This document shows positions 1 to 14,037 of a stretch of 64,000 nucleotides of DNA, one piece after another. A model generated the notes under the pieces. The model was given only the letters and a program-made list of their open reading frames with translations. It was not told the origin of the DNA and did not search any database. Positions within the stretch are counted from its first letter, which is position 1. Every line of letters begins with the position of its first letter. The DNA comes from Squalus acanthias (Eukaryota): NCBI GenBank assembly GCA_030390025.1, contig CM059432.1, positions 118,298,001 through 118,362,000 on the forward strand, given 5' to 3'. Made by a program: the position numbers and the translations under genes.

Positions 1-304
1 TTTGAGTGGTTTTGATTAGCCCATGCATTTTTAAATGCTCATTCATTTTATCCTGGATAATGGACACCAAAACTGCACACGCTCAGGATTCAGCCTGAGT
101 GAGGAGCTGGGGAGGGGGATGGAATTGGGGCGGCTCGAATGCTCGGTTTTTGACAGGGGAATCAAGGGAGGTGGCTGAGTAGTAGAGTTGAGTGTTGTTA
201 GCATATATATATGGAAGCTGACCTTGTGTCTATGGGTGATGTCACTGAGAGGTAGCATGTAGGAGGGACCAATGATGGAAAACTTGTGGCATTCCCCAAA
301 TTCC

Positions 305-686
305 CAAATTGAAACATACAAAATTCTTACAGGGCTTGACAGGGTAGATGCAGGGAGGATGTTGCCCCTGGCTGGGGAGTCTAGAACCAGGGGTCACAGT
401 CTCAGAATTAGGGGTCAGCCATTTAGGACTGAGCTGAGGAGAAATTTCTTCTCTCAGAGGGTGGTGAATCTATGGAATTCTCTACCCCAGAGGGCTCTGG
501 AGGCTCAGTCATTGAGTATATTCAAGACAGAGATCGATAGATTTTTGGATATTAAGGAATCAAGGGATATGGGATAGTGCAGGAAAGTGGAGATGAGGTG
601 GAAGATCAGCCATGATCTTATTGAATGGCGGAGCAGGCTCGAAAGGCTAAATGGCCTACTCCGGCTCCTATTTCTTATGTTCTTAT
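305..686 (+). mobile_element. CR1-type LINE 3' end fragment
   Basis: Translates to the CR1 ORF2 C-terminus (TRGHSLRIRGQPFRTELRRNFFSQRVVNLWNSLP); ends in a TTCTTATG microsatellite tail. Confidence 0.85.
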
Positions 687-689
687 GAC

Positions 690-1930
690 CATAAAGGGGT
701 GGGAGGGGTAGCCATTAAAAGAGTTAAGCTGGCTGCATTGGGACAGGTAGCAGTGTAACCAAGAGAGATGCACTATGTAGGAGAGATGGTAAAGGAAGAT
801 GCGGTGGTCGACTGTGTTAAACACCATGGAGAAATCAAGGAGCAAAAATGGGGTATACAGCGCAATGGTCACAGTCAGAGAAGTTTTCATTGGTGACTTT
901 GATCAAAAAATCTCAGTGCTGTGGGCAAGGTGGAAACTGCATTGAAGGGATTGAAACAGGGAGTGATGAGGTGAGTGCAGAGCTGGCTGGAAATGAAGTG
1001 CTTGAAGACTTTAGAGAGGAAATGGAGGTTAGCGATAAGATGGTAATTATAGAGGACAGCGGGTTCTTGGATAGGCTTTTTTGAGGAGGGGAGTAATGAC
1101 AGCATTTTTGAAAGACTAGGAAGAAACATCGAAAGAAAGGGAGGCATTTACAATGTCAGTAGTATTGTGTAAAAGAAAGATAATTATGCGCTCAAGAGTT
1201 TGGTTGGGTTGAGTTGAGGATGCAGGAGATGGATCTCATGGGTGAGGAGGAACCTAATGAGGGCTAGGGAGAGATGGGGGAGAAGCTACAGAATGATAGA
1301 AGTTGGTGCTACGATAAGAAAAAAGCTGGGAATTTGGGGATTAGGGGAGGAGGAGTTTGAGACACCTGCCAATATAATCTTAAATTTAAAGATGGAAAAA
1401 ATCCATGAGCTCCTCACCCTTGGCATTGGAGCTAAGGATGGAGGAAGTGGAGGAAAATGCTTGGAGGAGGCAGTTTGTCAAGAAGAGGACTTTGGATTCT
1501 TCTTATCCAACAGGATAATCTTGGAGTAGTGGAATATATGTTTGCAGATAAGGAGAGGCAATATATTTTATGAAGGTTCAGACAGATCTGGCGGTGAATG
1601 GCCAGGCCACTTATACAGCAACTGCAAAGGATGCAGAGGTTGAAATTGTATTGGGGAAACAGCAGAGGCAGGAGATGGTAAGTGACTTGCTGGGATTAAT
1701 GGCTTTGAAAGCAGAAGCAGTGGAACTGTTGAACAGCTCAACAGGGGCAGCAATGTTGTGGAAGGTGGAGGGTCAGAGATGGCCATATCAATGGTCAAAA
1801 CCTTGGAGATGGTAATGCCTCAGGTCACGGTGAGGTCAAGGAGGTGCCTGTGAATGTGGGTGAGGGAGTTGATGTGTAGAATGAGGTTGAGTGAGAACAT
1901 GAAATCAAACATGAGGGGCCAAGGAGCATT
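690..1930 (-). mobile_element. Degenerate L2-type LINE fragment
   Basis: RT-like remnants (LLDFSMVFNTVDH; YHLIANLHFLSKVF) resembling the L2 copy at 58500-60045. Confidence 0.65.
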
Positions 1931-4309
1931 CAAATGAAGTTTGAAAGCACTGAGGACCAGTGCAAAAGAGAAACAAAGATTTTGGCTGGGAATTTCCTGA
2001 GAGCTGCTCTCGCTTGCACTGTTGTAACTTTCTGTAATGGGGTTAGTGCAACACTTCCGGTAAAGTTACAGCGGTGGAGCAGGAGCAGCTCCAAGGAAAT
2101 TCACGACATATGTCTGAATCTACTATTGCTATGCTGACTTTGCCCATCATTTAAACTCCAATCTACTGCAACCTGCTCTTACTCTACAAATTGTATGATC
2201 AGGAGCTTGCTACATTGCAGCTTCATTAAGTACACATATGCACTTTGAATTGAAAAAAACAAAAGGATTTGTCTCTAATGATAAGTAAAAGAAATTGAGA
2301 TGTTCAATTTGTTGGATGAAGGAACATTAAAAGGCATGTCTGCCGCAGTAAGTTGATTTTCCCAGTGTTGCTGGTATTAGTTTTTCTGATGTGGTTGAAG
2401 AATCAAATCACAGAACCACAATTTTCTGTACTGATTCTTAGGGTGCATTTCCACTGCAGCTGGAGCTGTGGTGTAAAGTGGGTTCAATTTGCACCAATGC
2501 TGCAGTCATGGGGATTACGTTTTCTGAGACCCCACAGCAATTGCGACTCATATGAAAATTGCGGGTGCGCTGCCCGTAGTGTCAATGCAGTGTAAACCTA
2601 GTATACGATCCCGACCTGACACCACAACAGAACAGAGCAAGAACCACCTGGTGGACTGTGCGGTGAAATGGGCGCTAGCGGATCGGCCGCCCATTATACA
2701 CCCCGGCCGATAATTGTTTCCATTGAAGTCATCAGAAAGAAAATTCGGGCAGGATGTATAATGGGAGGCTGACCCACCATTGCCCGCTTTGGGCCCCCGC
2801 TGAAGTAGCATTTCATCCCCCCACCATCCCGCGTCTCACTTTGATTCACTTTGGAGTCAATTTGTGCCTTTGCACTCAACCTGCACCCCGAGTTCAGAGT
2901 CAGTGCTATGTACAATCCTAGAATCACAGAATGATACAGCACAGAAGGAGGCCATTCGGCCCATCACGCCTGTGCCGGCTCTTTGAAAGAGCAATCCAAT
3001 TAGTCCCAGTCCCCTGCCGTTTCCACATAGCCCTGTACATTTTTTACCCTTCAAGTATTTATCCAAGTCCCTTTTGAAAGTTACTATTGAATCTGCTTCC
3101 ACCACCCTTTCAGGCAGTGCATTCCAGATCACAAAAAGTTGCTGTGTAAAAAAATGTTTACTCGTGTTGCCTCTGGTTCTTTTGCCAAGCACCTTAAATC
3201 AGTGTCCTCTGCTTACTGACCCTTCTGCCACTGGAAACCGTTTTTCCTTATTTACTCTTATCAAAACTGTTCATGATTTTGAACACCTTTATCAAATCTC
3301 CTTTTAACCCTCTCTGCTCTCAGGAGAACAACCCCAGCTTCTCCGGTCTCTCCACATAACTGAATTCCCTCATCCCTGGTACCATTGTAACAAATCTCTT
3401 CTGCACCCTCTCCAAGGCCTTGACATCCTTCCTAAAGTGTGCTGCCAGAATTGAACACAATACTCCAGCTGAGGCCTAACCAGTGTTTGATAGAGGCTTA
3501 GCATAACTTCCTTGCTTTTGTACTCTATTCCTCTGTTAATAAAGCAAATGAACCCATATGCTTTTTTAACTGGCTTCTCAACCTGTCCTGCCACCTTCAA
3601 AGATTTGTGTACATACACCCGCAGGTCTCTCTGTTCCTGCACCCCCTTTAAAATTGTATCATTTAGTTTATATTGCCTCTCCTCATTCCTCCGACCAAAA
3701 TGTATCAATTCACACTTCTTTACGTTAAATTTCACCTGCTGTGTGTCTGCCCATTTTACCAGCCTGTCTATGTCCTCCTGAAATCTGTTACTATCTTTCT
3801 CATTGTTTACCAGATTTCTGAGTTTCATGTCATCTGCAAACTTTGAAATTATGCCCTGTATTCACAAGTCCAGGTCATTAATATATATCAAAAAGAACAG
3901 TGGTCCTAATACTGACCCCTGGGGAACACCACTGTATACTTCCCTCCAGTCTGAAAAATAACTGTTCACCACTACTCTCTGCTTTCTGTCCCTTAGCCAA
4001 TTTTGTATCCACGCTGCCACTGTCACTTTAATCCCATGGGCTTTAATTTTGCTAATAAGTCTATTAACTTTGTCAAACGCCTTTTGAAAATCCAAATACG
4101 CAACATCAACCGCATTGCCCTCATCATCCCTCTTCATTACTTCATCAAAGAACTCAATCAAGTTAGTTAAAACGATTTGCCTTTAACAAATCCGTGCTGA
4201 CTTTCATTTATTAGCTCATACTTCTCCAAATGCCAATTCATTTTTTCCTGGATTATTGTCTCTAAATCACCGATGTTAGGCTGACTGGCCTGTAGTTGAC
4301 GGGTTTATC

Positions 4310-5632
4310 CCTTTCCTCCAACGCCTGTCGTCCGTCATCCAGCTGGGTGGGACTGCACTTGCCTGGTTCCATTCTTACCTATCCAGTCGTAGCCAGAGAA
4401 TCACCTGCAAAAGCTTCTCTTCCCGCTCTCGCACAGTTACCTCTGGTGTTCCCCAAGGATCTATCCTTGGCCCCCTCCTATTTCTTATTTACATGCTGCC
4501 CCTTGGGAATAGCGTCCGAAAACACAATGTCAGGTTCCACATGTACGCTGACGACACCCAGCTCTACCTAACCACCACCTCTCTCGACCCCTCCACTGCC
4601 TCTAAATTATCAGAATACTTGTCCAACATCCAGTACTGGATGAGCAGAAATTTCCTCCAACTAAATATTGGGAAGACCGAAGCAACATCAACCGCACTAC
4701 CCTCATCATCCCTCTTAACTACTTCATCAAAGAACTCAATCAAGTTAGTTAAACACGATTTGCCTTTAACAAATTGCAGATCGAGAGGAAGAAGATCATG
4801 GAGCAGGTGCCCGACATGCACAACGACATAGTCCCCGCCACAAACTCCATTCCATAGCCACCAATTCCATCCTCTTCGTGGCAACAGTCTGAGGCTGAAC
4901 CAGACTGTTCGGAACCTTGGTGTCGTATTTGACCCCAAGGTGAGCTTCCAACCACATATCCGTACCATCACTAAGACCGCCTATTCCCACCTCTGTAACA
5001 TCACCCGACTCCACCCTTGCCTCAGCTCATCTGCTGCTGCAACCCTCATCCATGCCTTTGTTACCTCTAGACTTGACTATTCCAACGCACTCCTGGCCGG
5101 CCTCCCATCTTCCACCCTCCATAAACGATAAGCTCATCCAAAACTCTGTTGCCCGTATCCTAAATCGCAACAAGTCCTGTTCACCCATCACCCCAGTGCT
5201 CGTTGACCTACATTGGCTCCCGGTTAAGCAATGCCTTGATTTTAAAATTCTCATCCTTGTTTTCAAATCCCTCCATGGCCTTGCCCCTCCCTGTCTCTGT
5301 AATCTCCTCCAGCCCCACAACCCTCCGAGATATCTGTGCCCCTCCAATTCTGGCCTCTTGCGCATCCCCGATTTGCTCCACCATTGGTGGCCGTGCTTTC
5401 AGCTGTCGCGGCCCTGAACTCTGGAATTCCCTTCCTAAATCTCTTCGCTGTTCTACCTCTCTACGTTTCTTTCCTCCTTTAAGACGCTCCTTAAAACCTA
5501 CCTCTTTGACCAAGCTTTTGGTCATCTGCTCATATATATCCTTATGTGGCTCGGTGTCAAATTATGAAGCGCCTTGGGACATTTTACTACGTTAAAGGAG
5601 CTATATAAATGCAATTTGTTGTTGTTGTTTTT
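4310..5632 (+). mobile_element. L2-type LINE 3' portion
   Basis: YADDTQLY RT motif, HAFVTSRLDYSN, HWLPV; ends in a (TTG)n tail. Confidence 0.85.
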
Positions 5633-6068
5633 GTAAACGGGGTGTAAAATTTGCGATCCTCCAGTCCTCTGGCACCACCTCCATATCTAAGGAGAATTGG
5701 AAGATTGTGGCCAGAGCCTCTGCAATTTCCATCCTTACTTCCCTCAGTAATCCAGGATGCATCCCATCTGGACTGGGTGACTTTTCCATTTTGAGGACTG
5801 ACAACCTTTTAAGTACCTCCTCTTTATCTATTTTTACCCAATTCAGTATCACTACTACCTCCTCCTTTACTGCTACATTGGCAGCATCCTCTTCTCTGGT
5901 GAAGACAAATGCAAAGTATTAATTTAGTACCTCAGCCATGCCCTCTGCCTCCACAAGAAGATCTCCTTTTTGATCTCTATCAACCCCAACCTTCATTTGA
6001 CTACCCTTTTACTATTTATATGTGTATAAAATACTTTTGGGTTACCTTTTATGTTGGCCGCTAATCTA

Positions 6069-6640
6069 TTAAGAACATAAGAACATAAGAAATAGGAGCA
6101 GGAGTAGGCCATACGGCCCCTCGAGCCTGCTCCACCATTCAATAAGATCATGGCTTATCATCAACCTCCACTCCACTTTCCTGCCCGATCTCCATATCCC
6201 TTGATTCCCCTAGAGTCCAAAAATCTGTCTATCTCAGCCTTGAATATACTCAAAGACTCAGCATGCACAGCCCTCTGGGGCAGAGAATTCCAATGGTTCA
6301 CAACCCTCTGAGTGAAGAAATTCCTCCTCATCTCAGTCTTAAATGGCCTACCCCTTATCCTGAGACTATGCCCCCTAGTTCTAGACACTCCAGCCAGGGG
6401 AAACAACCTCTCAGCATCTACCCTGTCAATCCCCTTCAGAATCTTATATGATTCAATGAGTTCACCTCTCATTCTTCAAAACTCCAGAGAGTATAGGCCC
6501 ATTCTACACAATCTCTCATCCCAGGAATCAATCTAGTGAATCTTCGTTGCACCGCCTCCAAGGCAAGTATATCCTTCCTTAGATAAGGAGACCAAAACTG
6601 TGCACAGTACTCCAGATGTGGTCTCACCAAGGCCCTGTAC
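6069..6640 (-). mobile_element. CR1 LINE 3' end nested in an older CR1
   Basis: ORF 6161-6472 is the CR1 ORF2 C-terminus; (CATAAGAA)n tail. Confidence 0.85.
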
Positions 6641-7096
6641 TATTCTCATACGCTCTCTTTTCCCATCTTATTCCCTTTTTCAGATCTCCTCTGTACTTTC
6701 TATATGGTTTCGACTTTGCACCAACTGTGTACTTGTGTAGTGTGAATGGACTGTCATAGAGTTATATAGTAGGACTTTTGTATATATTTATTATATCAGT
6801 GATCTAGACTAACCAGGATATATTCCTCAACAGTATCATCCTACTAACATAATGAAATCCTAATACATGTCCATTAGGAGAGAGACCAAGAAAGATTTAC
6901 TCTTATCTGAGTATTAAAGTTAAAATCTGACCATGTAAGTCATGATTGATAAAAGAATTCACAAAATCAAAATCAGAAGTCTGTAGATTTGAATAGTGAA
7001 AACAGGGTCTATCGGAACTGAATACTAATGATCGGGATTTTAAAAATCTAAATACGTAAGTCTTAATAGTTATGATTTATTCAGTTTGAATATTAT

Positions 7097-7190
7097 GTTC
7101 TGACGAAAGGTCATCGACCTGAAACGTTAACTCTCTTTCTCTCTCCACGGATGCTGCCTGGCCTGCTGAGTTTTTCCAGCGTTTCTGTTG
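7097..7190 (+). mobile_element. Penelope-like element terminal fragment with a minimal hammerhead ribozyme motif
   Basis: GTT-CTGACGA-A-AGGTC-ATC-GACCT-GAAA-CGTT-AAC at 7097-7131; same terminal sequence as the Penelope fragment at 34721-34820. Confidence 0.7.
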
Positions 7191-8650
7191 TCATTTTGAA
7201 TATTATATCTCCTCACTTCATCAATTCAGAATTATAAAGGAATGGGAATGGCCTTTATAGAGAAACAAAGATGATTTCAAACAAAGATGATTTCAGAGAT
7301 GATGACATTTATTGAATAAATCAAGATATGTTTGTGATGATTTAATGTACTAAAATTAAGAATTAATGCTTAGAGAATGAAAAGTAAAGGCAATTAAGAA
7401 AAGGAAAAACAATGCTAAAGCAATCTAACAAAGAACCTGTGCACAAAACCGTGTGCTAGGGTCAGTTGGCTCCTGGCTTCTATAGTAATGAGCCAGCATC
7501 CCCGTAATCTGGCTGGATACTTGAGCATTACTTCAGTCACACAACAGCCGTGTGGAACAGATGCTGACGGGGGAAGACACTGTTCAATTTTTTTTTCTAC
7601 ATCACCACCACTGCCCTTTTCCACTAATAGTACTCCTTCCTCCCTTTCCCTGTGGATCCCATTACCTGCTGCCCCTTTTCCGCCACACACTGGTCTAGAA
7701 ATTCGTCTCGGGCGGTGGGGCAAAACAGGCGGTATCGGATCGGCCGCCCGTTACACTCAGTTCCATTGACTGCAATGCCTCTCCACGTGTGCCAGGTAGG
7801 TGCCAGTCACACAAAGGACAGCCCACAGACTTCAGTGTTGGATCCTCCTGTGATTCTGTTAGAGTTTTAGTGAAGTTCAGGGACCGTGCTGTCTGCACAG
7901 AGCCCATCTCTGCTCCACAGGTTGAATTGAGAACAGGGCAGTTCTATTTGCACGGACCTTTTCAACATCTATCATACTATTTTAAAGGGCCAAGAGTTCT
8001 TATTTTGGTTATTTATTGGGGGTTGGCAGGGAGAAGGCGTTATTCACATGCAATCAACTTTCTCTATTATTTCATATTTTGGAATAGTGGGTAGGGACAG
8101 CTTCTGATCATGGAGATCAAGGATGCCTTAAAAAACATCCAACCTCATATTGGTGAGTCACTGTCTACAGCTCATGCATGCCTCACAAATCAATTAATGC
8201 TTTTACCGCATCTAATCTAATTAACCCTGGACACAGCTTCTGCATCCTGGCAGAGATTCAGATCAAGGAGCCTGGCTGGGGCTTGCAGACAGGTGGAATC
8301 CTGTCTCCATCCTTATAGTGTAGTGAGGAAAAGCCACTTCCATTCAAATTCTATTTATTTCATTAGCCTGTGTATCCTGGGTGATACAACAAAAGAAAAT
8401 ACAGAAATTTTCCCTTTATGATTCAGGACGAAACACTGTTTCTGTCATATGTATATTAAGACCCTCATATTACATCAATGGAGAATAAAACAGATCAACG
8501 TGTGCCACCTTGGCTGGATTGTTTGTATGTTCCTTTACAGACATTTTAAGGTACATTGGGACTCCAGATCTAGTAAAGCATCCATGTGGCAAGCAGATTG
8601 CTCACACATTGACTTCTGGCTATTTTCTGGAGTCGTTTAATTGAAATAAT

Positions 8651-9415
8651 GGGCCAAAAATTCGGCCCTTCCCGGGTGAGTACATAGTCCGTACTCACCC
8701 GTAATGCGTCTCGAAGTGCCGGTTTCCTGCATGCACTGAGCATGCGCGGGAAACCGGAACTTCCGGTATGGTGAAGGGGGCGGTTCCTAGGTGAACCGCG
8801 TGCGCGGCAGAGGCTGCGCACACGCAGCAAACTTAGATTTTTTTTCAGGTTTCTTCGCGAGGGTAAGTAGTGAAGAAACTACGCTATTAAAAAGGAGGCG
8901 CAAGGACCCGTTTTCAACAAGGTAAGTGGTTAATTAAGTATAATTTAAACATTTTTTCAACAGGTTTATCTTTTATAGATACTTTAAAGAAAGGTAAGTT
9001 TATTTTTATCACTTTTAAAAAGTATTTTAATTTTTTCAAAAATTTAAATTTTTGTTTAAAGTGGTTAATTTATTTAACTATAGTTATTTTCTAAATGTGA
9101 TGGTTTTAAAAAAAAAAAATATTTAAGTTTAGCTGTTCTTTTGGGACCGATTTCAATTCACAGATTTGACAGGTCTCCTGTCAAATCTATGAATGAAAGA
9201 TGGTCTGCTGCCATTGGCTCTCCATGGCCCACGTGATCCCAGGGGCGCATCGCACTAACTACGCCCCTGGGACACACAAGCACTGCGCGCCGGCTCTTGG
9301 AGCAGGACCAGGAGCTGAAGTTCCCGTGGGCCCAAAACACAACGGCAGGCGCGGTAGGCAAGTGTGCGCGTGATCCTTACCCCCGCGGCAAGCTGGAGAG
9401 GCGAATTTCTGGGCC
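8651..9415. mobile_element. Non-autonomous PIF/Harbinger element (MITE)
   Basis: Imperfect TIRs GGGCCAAAAATTCG / CGAATTTCTGGGCC and a 3-bp AAT TSD; the right TIR matches the left end of the Harbinger at 35391; related copy at 33134-33866. Confidence 0.75.
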
Positions 9416-10227
9416 AATTATTTCCATCTCTCTGCTAGGCACATATCTTGTGCAGTGATCTTGCTAATCTTGGAGGGGTGGGGGGGGGGGCGTGGCGAGG
9501 GGGGAAGAGGAAGAGAGGGGAGGGGAAGTTTCACACCATGTAGTCTTCAACAGCTCAAAATTCAAGTTAGTTAGCAACCTTTGCTTGGAGGTGGGGATAA
9601 AGTGACAGACAAAAGAGAAAACTCAAGGTGGAATGATGAGGTGGAGTTCTGGGGCAAGTGGCGCAGTGGCTTAATATCTGACCTCTTATTTGGTGGCTGG
9701 TGAAGTAGATGTACTGCTGCATGACTCACAAGTAGGAGTATTGTCCTGTTTGAAGCTAAGGAGCACTTTCCCATTGGTGCAATGTCGGAACTGCATCGAT
9801 GAAGGTGGCCAGGTAAATTAATGCAATCTCCTGCATCCATAGAGGAATAAAATGGAACACATGAAGAATGTCAAATTAAGAGTAGCTAAAATTTGCCTTA
9901 CTGTCAGTAGTCTAACATATGTTCTCCTTCTGTTCCTATAGATGCTCATGAAGAGGAGAACATCGAGAGCAATGTCCGCCATGTCCCGACCACCTTACAG
10001 AACCCCCTGCCACTTACTCCCATAGTGGCATGGACCAACACAGCTACATCCACTCCGAGCAGGAGCGGTAACGTTAGTGAGTTCTAGCAGGAATCATAGA
10101 GTTATAGAGTCACAACGGCACAGAAGGAGGCCATTCGGCCCATCGAGTCCGTGCCGGCTCTCTGTAGAGCAATCCAGTCAGTCCCATTCCCCCACTCTAT
10201 CCCCGTAGCCCTGCAAGTTTATTTCCC

Positions 10228-12960
10228 TCAAGTGCCTATCCAGTCTCCCCTTGAAACATTGAGTGTCTCCGTTTCCACCACTTCCGTCGGCAGCGAATTC
10301 CAGGTCCTCACCAATCGCTGCGTAAAAAAGTTTCTCCTCACATCCCCCCTGCGTCTCTTGCCCAAAACCTTGAATCTGTGTCCCCTCGTCCTTGTACCAT
10401 CAACAAGTGGTTCCCCGTCTAGCCTATCCAAACCCATCATAATCTTGTACACCTCTATCAAAATACCCCTCAACCTCCTTTGCACTAATGAACACAAATC
10501 CAGCTTCACCAACCTGTTCTTGTAGCTAAGATGCCCCATCCCCGGAACCATTCTGGTAAAGCTCCTCTGCACCCTCTCAAGGGCCTTCACATCCTTCCTA
10601 AAATGTAGTGACCAGAACTGGATGCAATACTCCAGTTGTGGCCTAACCAGCGCTTTATAAAGGTTCAGCATAATTTCTCTACTTTTGTACTCAATACCTC
10701 TATTTATGAAGCCCAAGATCCCATATGCTTTGCTAACCACTCTCTCAATATGTCCTGCCACCTTCAGGGACCTATGCACATTAACTCTCAGGTCCCTCTG
10801 TCCCTGCACACTCTTTAAAACTGTGCCATTTAGTGTATATTGGCTCTCCCTGTTCCTTCTGCCAAAATGCATCACCTCACACTTCTCTGTATTAAATTCC
10901 ATCTGCCACTTGTCTGCCCATTCTGCTAGCCTTTCTATGTCCTGATGCAGTCGATTGGAATCATCATCACTGTTTGCCACACCCCCAAGGTTTGTGTCAT
11001 CAGCAAATTTAGAAATTCTACTCTGTATTCCAATATCCAGGTCATTTATATATATCAAAAAAAGCAGTGGCCCCAGCACTGACCTTTGGGGAACACCACT
11101 GTCTGCCATCCTCCAGTCTGAAAAACAGCCATTTACCACAACTCGCTGTTTTCAGTCTTAAAGCCAATTCCTTATCCAAGCTGCCACTGACCCACCTATT
11201 CCATGAGCCTCAATTTTGTTAACCAGCCTTCTATGTGGTACTTTGTCAAATGCTTTCCGAAAATCCATGTAGACAACATCCATTGCATTCCCTTCATCAA
11301 TCCTCTCTGTTACTTTATCAAAAAATTCAATGAGTTTAGTCAAACACGATCTGCCTTTTACAAACCCGTGTTGGCTCTCCTTAATTAGCTTAAACCTCTC
11401 CAAATGCCCGTTAATTTTTTTCTTGATTATTGTTTCTAAAACTTTACACACCACTGATGTTAAACTGACCGGCCTGTCATTACTAGGATTGTCCTTACAC
11501 CCTTTTTTGAACAATGGTGTCACATTTGCCACTTTCCAATCCTCAGGCACCTCCCCCGCATCTAGGGAAGATTGGAAAATTATGGCAAGCCCTTCTGCTA
11601 TCTCCTCCCCCAATTCCCTTAGCAACCTGGGATGCAAGTCATCTGGACAAGGCGGCTTGTCCACTCTAAGCATACCCAGCCTTTCTAGTACATCCTGTCT
11701 ATCAATTTTCAGCCCTTCCATTGCTTCTACCTTTTCCACTTGTACTGATATTTTGTCAGCATCCACCTCCTTAGTAAACACCGATACAAAGTACTCATTG
11801 AGTATTCTAGCCTTGCCCTGTGCCTCTAAGCATATATCACCTTCTTTGTCTCCAATAGGCCCCACCCCGCCTCTTGCTACTCGCTTACTGTTTACATGCC
11901 GGTAGAATATTTTTGGGTTCCCTTTTATGTTAACCGCCATTCTACTCTCATATTCTCTCTTTGCCAATCTTATTTTCATCTTCACATCCCCTCTCAACTT
12001 ATTGTATTTGGTCTGGTTCTCCCTTGAAGAATTCACCTGACATGCATCATACACCCTCTTTTTTTGTTTCATCATCTTCTCTATCTCCCTTGTCATCCAA
12101 GGAGCCCTTGCTTTGGTTCCCTTACCCTTCCCTCTTGTTGGAATGTACCTAGCCTGTACTTGGAACATCTCCTCCTTAAAGATCACCCATCGTTCCATTA
12201 CAGTTTTTCCTGTCAGTCTTTGGTTCCATTTTACCCTGGCTAGATCCTTTCGCATCCCATTGAAGTTAACCCTATTCCAGTTTAGAAGTTCCACTCTAGA
12301 TTGTTCCTTGCTCCTCTCCATTGCTAATCTAAATCTTATGATACGATGATCACTTGTACCCAAATGTTCTCCCACAGACACTTTGTTGATCTGGCCCACC
12401 TCATTCCCCAGCACCAGATCCAGCAATGCTTCCTTCCTAGTTGGGCCAAGAACATTGGTCAAGGAAATTCTCCTGAACACATTTCAGAAATTCCTCCCCC
12501 TTCTTTCCCTTTACCCTAGCATTATCCCAATCGATATTTGGGTAATTAAAGTTCCCCAATATCACCACTCTATAGCTCTTGTGTATCTCTTTGATTTCCC
12601 TGCAGATTTGCTCCTCTACCTCCCTCTCACTATTTGGAGGCCTATATAAGATACCCAATAGCGTGATCATACCCTTTTTGCTCCTCAACTCTAACCAAAT
12701 GGATTCTGTCCTTGTCCCCTCAAGAACAACCTCCCTTTCCAACATTACAATGTCTTCCTTATTCAGCACTGCCAACCCACCTCCCTTTTTTCCTTCCCTA
12801 TCTTTTCTGAACACCTTATACCCTTGAATATTAAGTGCCCAGTCCTCACCGTTTTTAAGCCACGTTTCTGTTATTGCCACACAGCTAATTGTGCTTGTAG
12901 CTCACCAACCTTATTCACCACACTTTGTGCGTTTACGTACATGCATTCTAAACCCATTTT
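10228..12960 (-). pseudogene. CR1 ORF2 (AP endonuclease-reverse transcriptase), disrupted
   Basis: AITETWL, YRPPN, GNFNYP (APE); QHGF, DFRKAFDKV, FADD (RT), split over the ORFs 12437-12880, 11158-12480 and 10228-11139. Confidence 0.9.
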
Positions 12961-13087
12961 TGAATTTTTTGTAGTCTTTCTTAGTCTGCTCCTATCTAAT
13001 ATGGTACTATTGCCGCCTCTACACACTCACTCTTTTATGCACGTTATTCCTCTTTTGTACTCCTCTATGCTTTATCCCCCTGCCAAG

Positions 13088-14037
13088 CTAGTTTATACCC
13101 TCCCCAACTGCACTAACAAACCTCCCCGCGAGAATATTGGTCCCAGCTCTGTTGAGGTGTAACCCGTCCAGCTTGTACAGGTCCCACCTTCCACAGAAAC
13201 GGTCCCAATGCCTCAGAAATCTAAATCCCTCCCTCCTGCACCATCTCTCCAGCCATGCATTCATCTGTTCTATCCTCCTATTCCTGTACTCACTAACACG
13301 TGGCACCGGGAGTAATCCGGAGATTACTACCTTTGAGGTCCTGCTTTTTAATCTCCCTCCTAGCTCCCTAAACTCTGCCTGGAGGACCGCATCCCTCTTT
13401 CTGCCTATGTCATTGGTACCGATATGGACAACGACCTCTGGCTGTTCACCCTCCCCCCTCAGAGTGTCCTGCAGCCGTTCAGTGACATCCTTGACCCTGG
13501 CAACAGGGAGGCGACATACCATCCTGGAGTCACGTCTGCGGCTGCAGAAATGCCTGTCTGCTCCCCTAACTATCGAATCCCCTACCACTATTGCTCTTCC
13601 ACTCTTTTTCTTCCCCCCCTGTGCAGCTGAACCATCCGTGGTGCCGTGGACTTGACTCTGGCTGCACTCCTCAGAGGAACCATAGCCCTCACCAGTACTC
13701 AGAACAGAATACTGGTTGGAGAGCATGATGCACTCCGGGGACTCCTGCACCACCTGCCTGGTCCTCCTCTTCTGTCTGGCGGTCACCATTCCCTCTCTGC
13801 CTGAACAATCTTAAGCTGCGGGGTGACCACCTCTAGAAACGTGCTATCTACATAACTCTCAGCCTTGCAGATGCACCGCAGTGACTCCAGCCGGCGCTCA
13901 CATTCCGAAACCCGGAGCTCTAGTTGTTGTAGCTGGCGACACTTCCTGCACATGTGGTCGTCCAGGCTACGCGAAGCATCCAGGACTTCCCACATGGCAC
14001 AGGATGTGCACTCCACAGGACTGAGCTGCCCTGCCAT
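13088..14037 (-). pseudogene. CR1 ORF1 (zinc finger/leucine zipper + SGNH esterase), frameshifted
   Basis: CTSC..CRKC, then GDS, GTND and DGLH esterase blocks. Confidence 0.88.

Larger units (their letters stand above)
2919..6710 (-). mobile_element. CR1 LINE ORF2 fragment, interrupted by an L2 (about 4310-5632) and a second CR1 3' end (about 6069-6640)
   Basis: RT motifs ([27 protein letters not shown]) across the ORFs at 2857-4161 and 5601-5852; the CR1 text resumes after each insertion. Confidence 0.8.

Noticed and set aside
11330..13655. Long + strand ORFs antisense to the CR1 (and similar ORFs antisense to pol)
   Set aside because: Shadow frames of the coding strand with no independent motifs.
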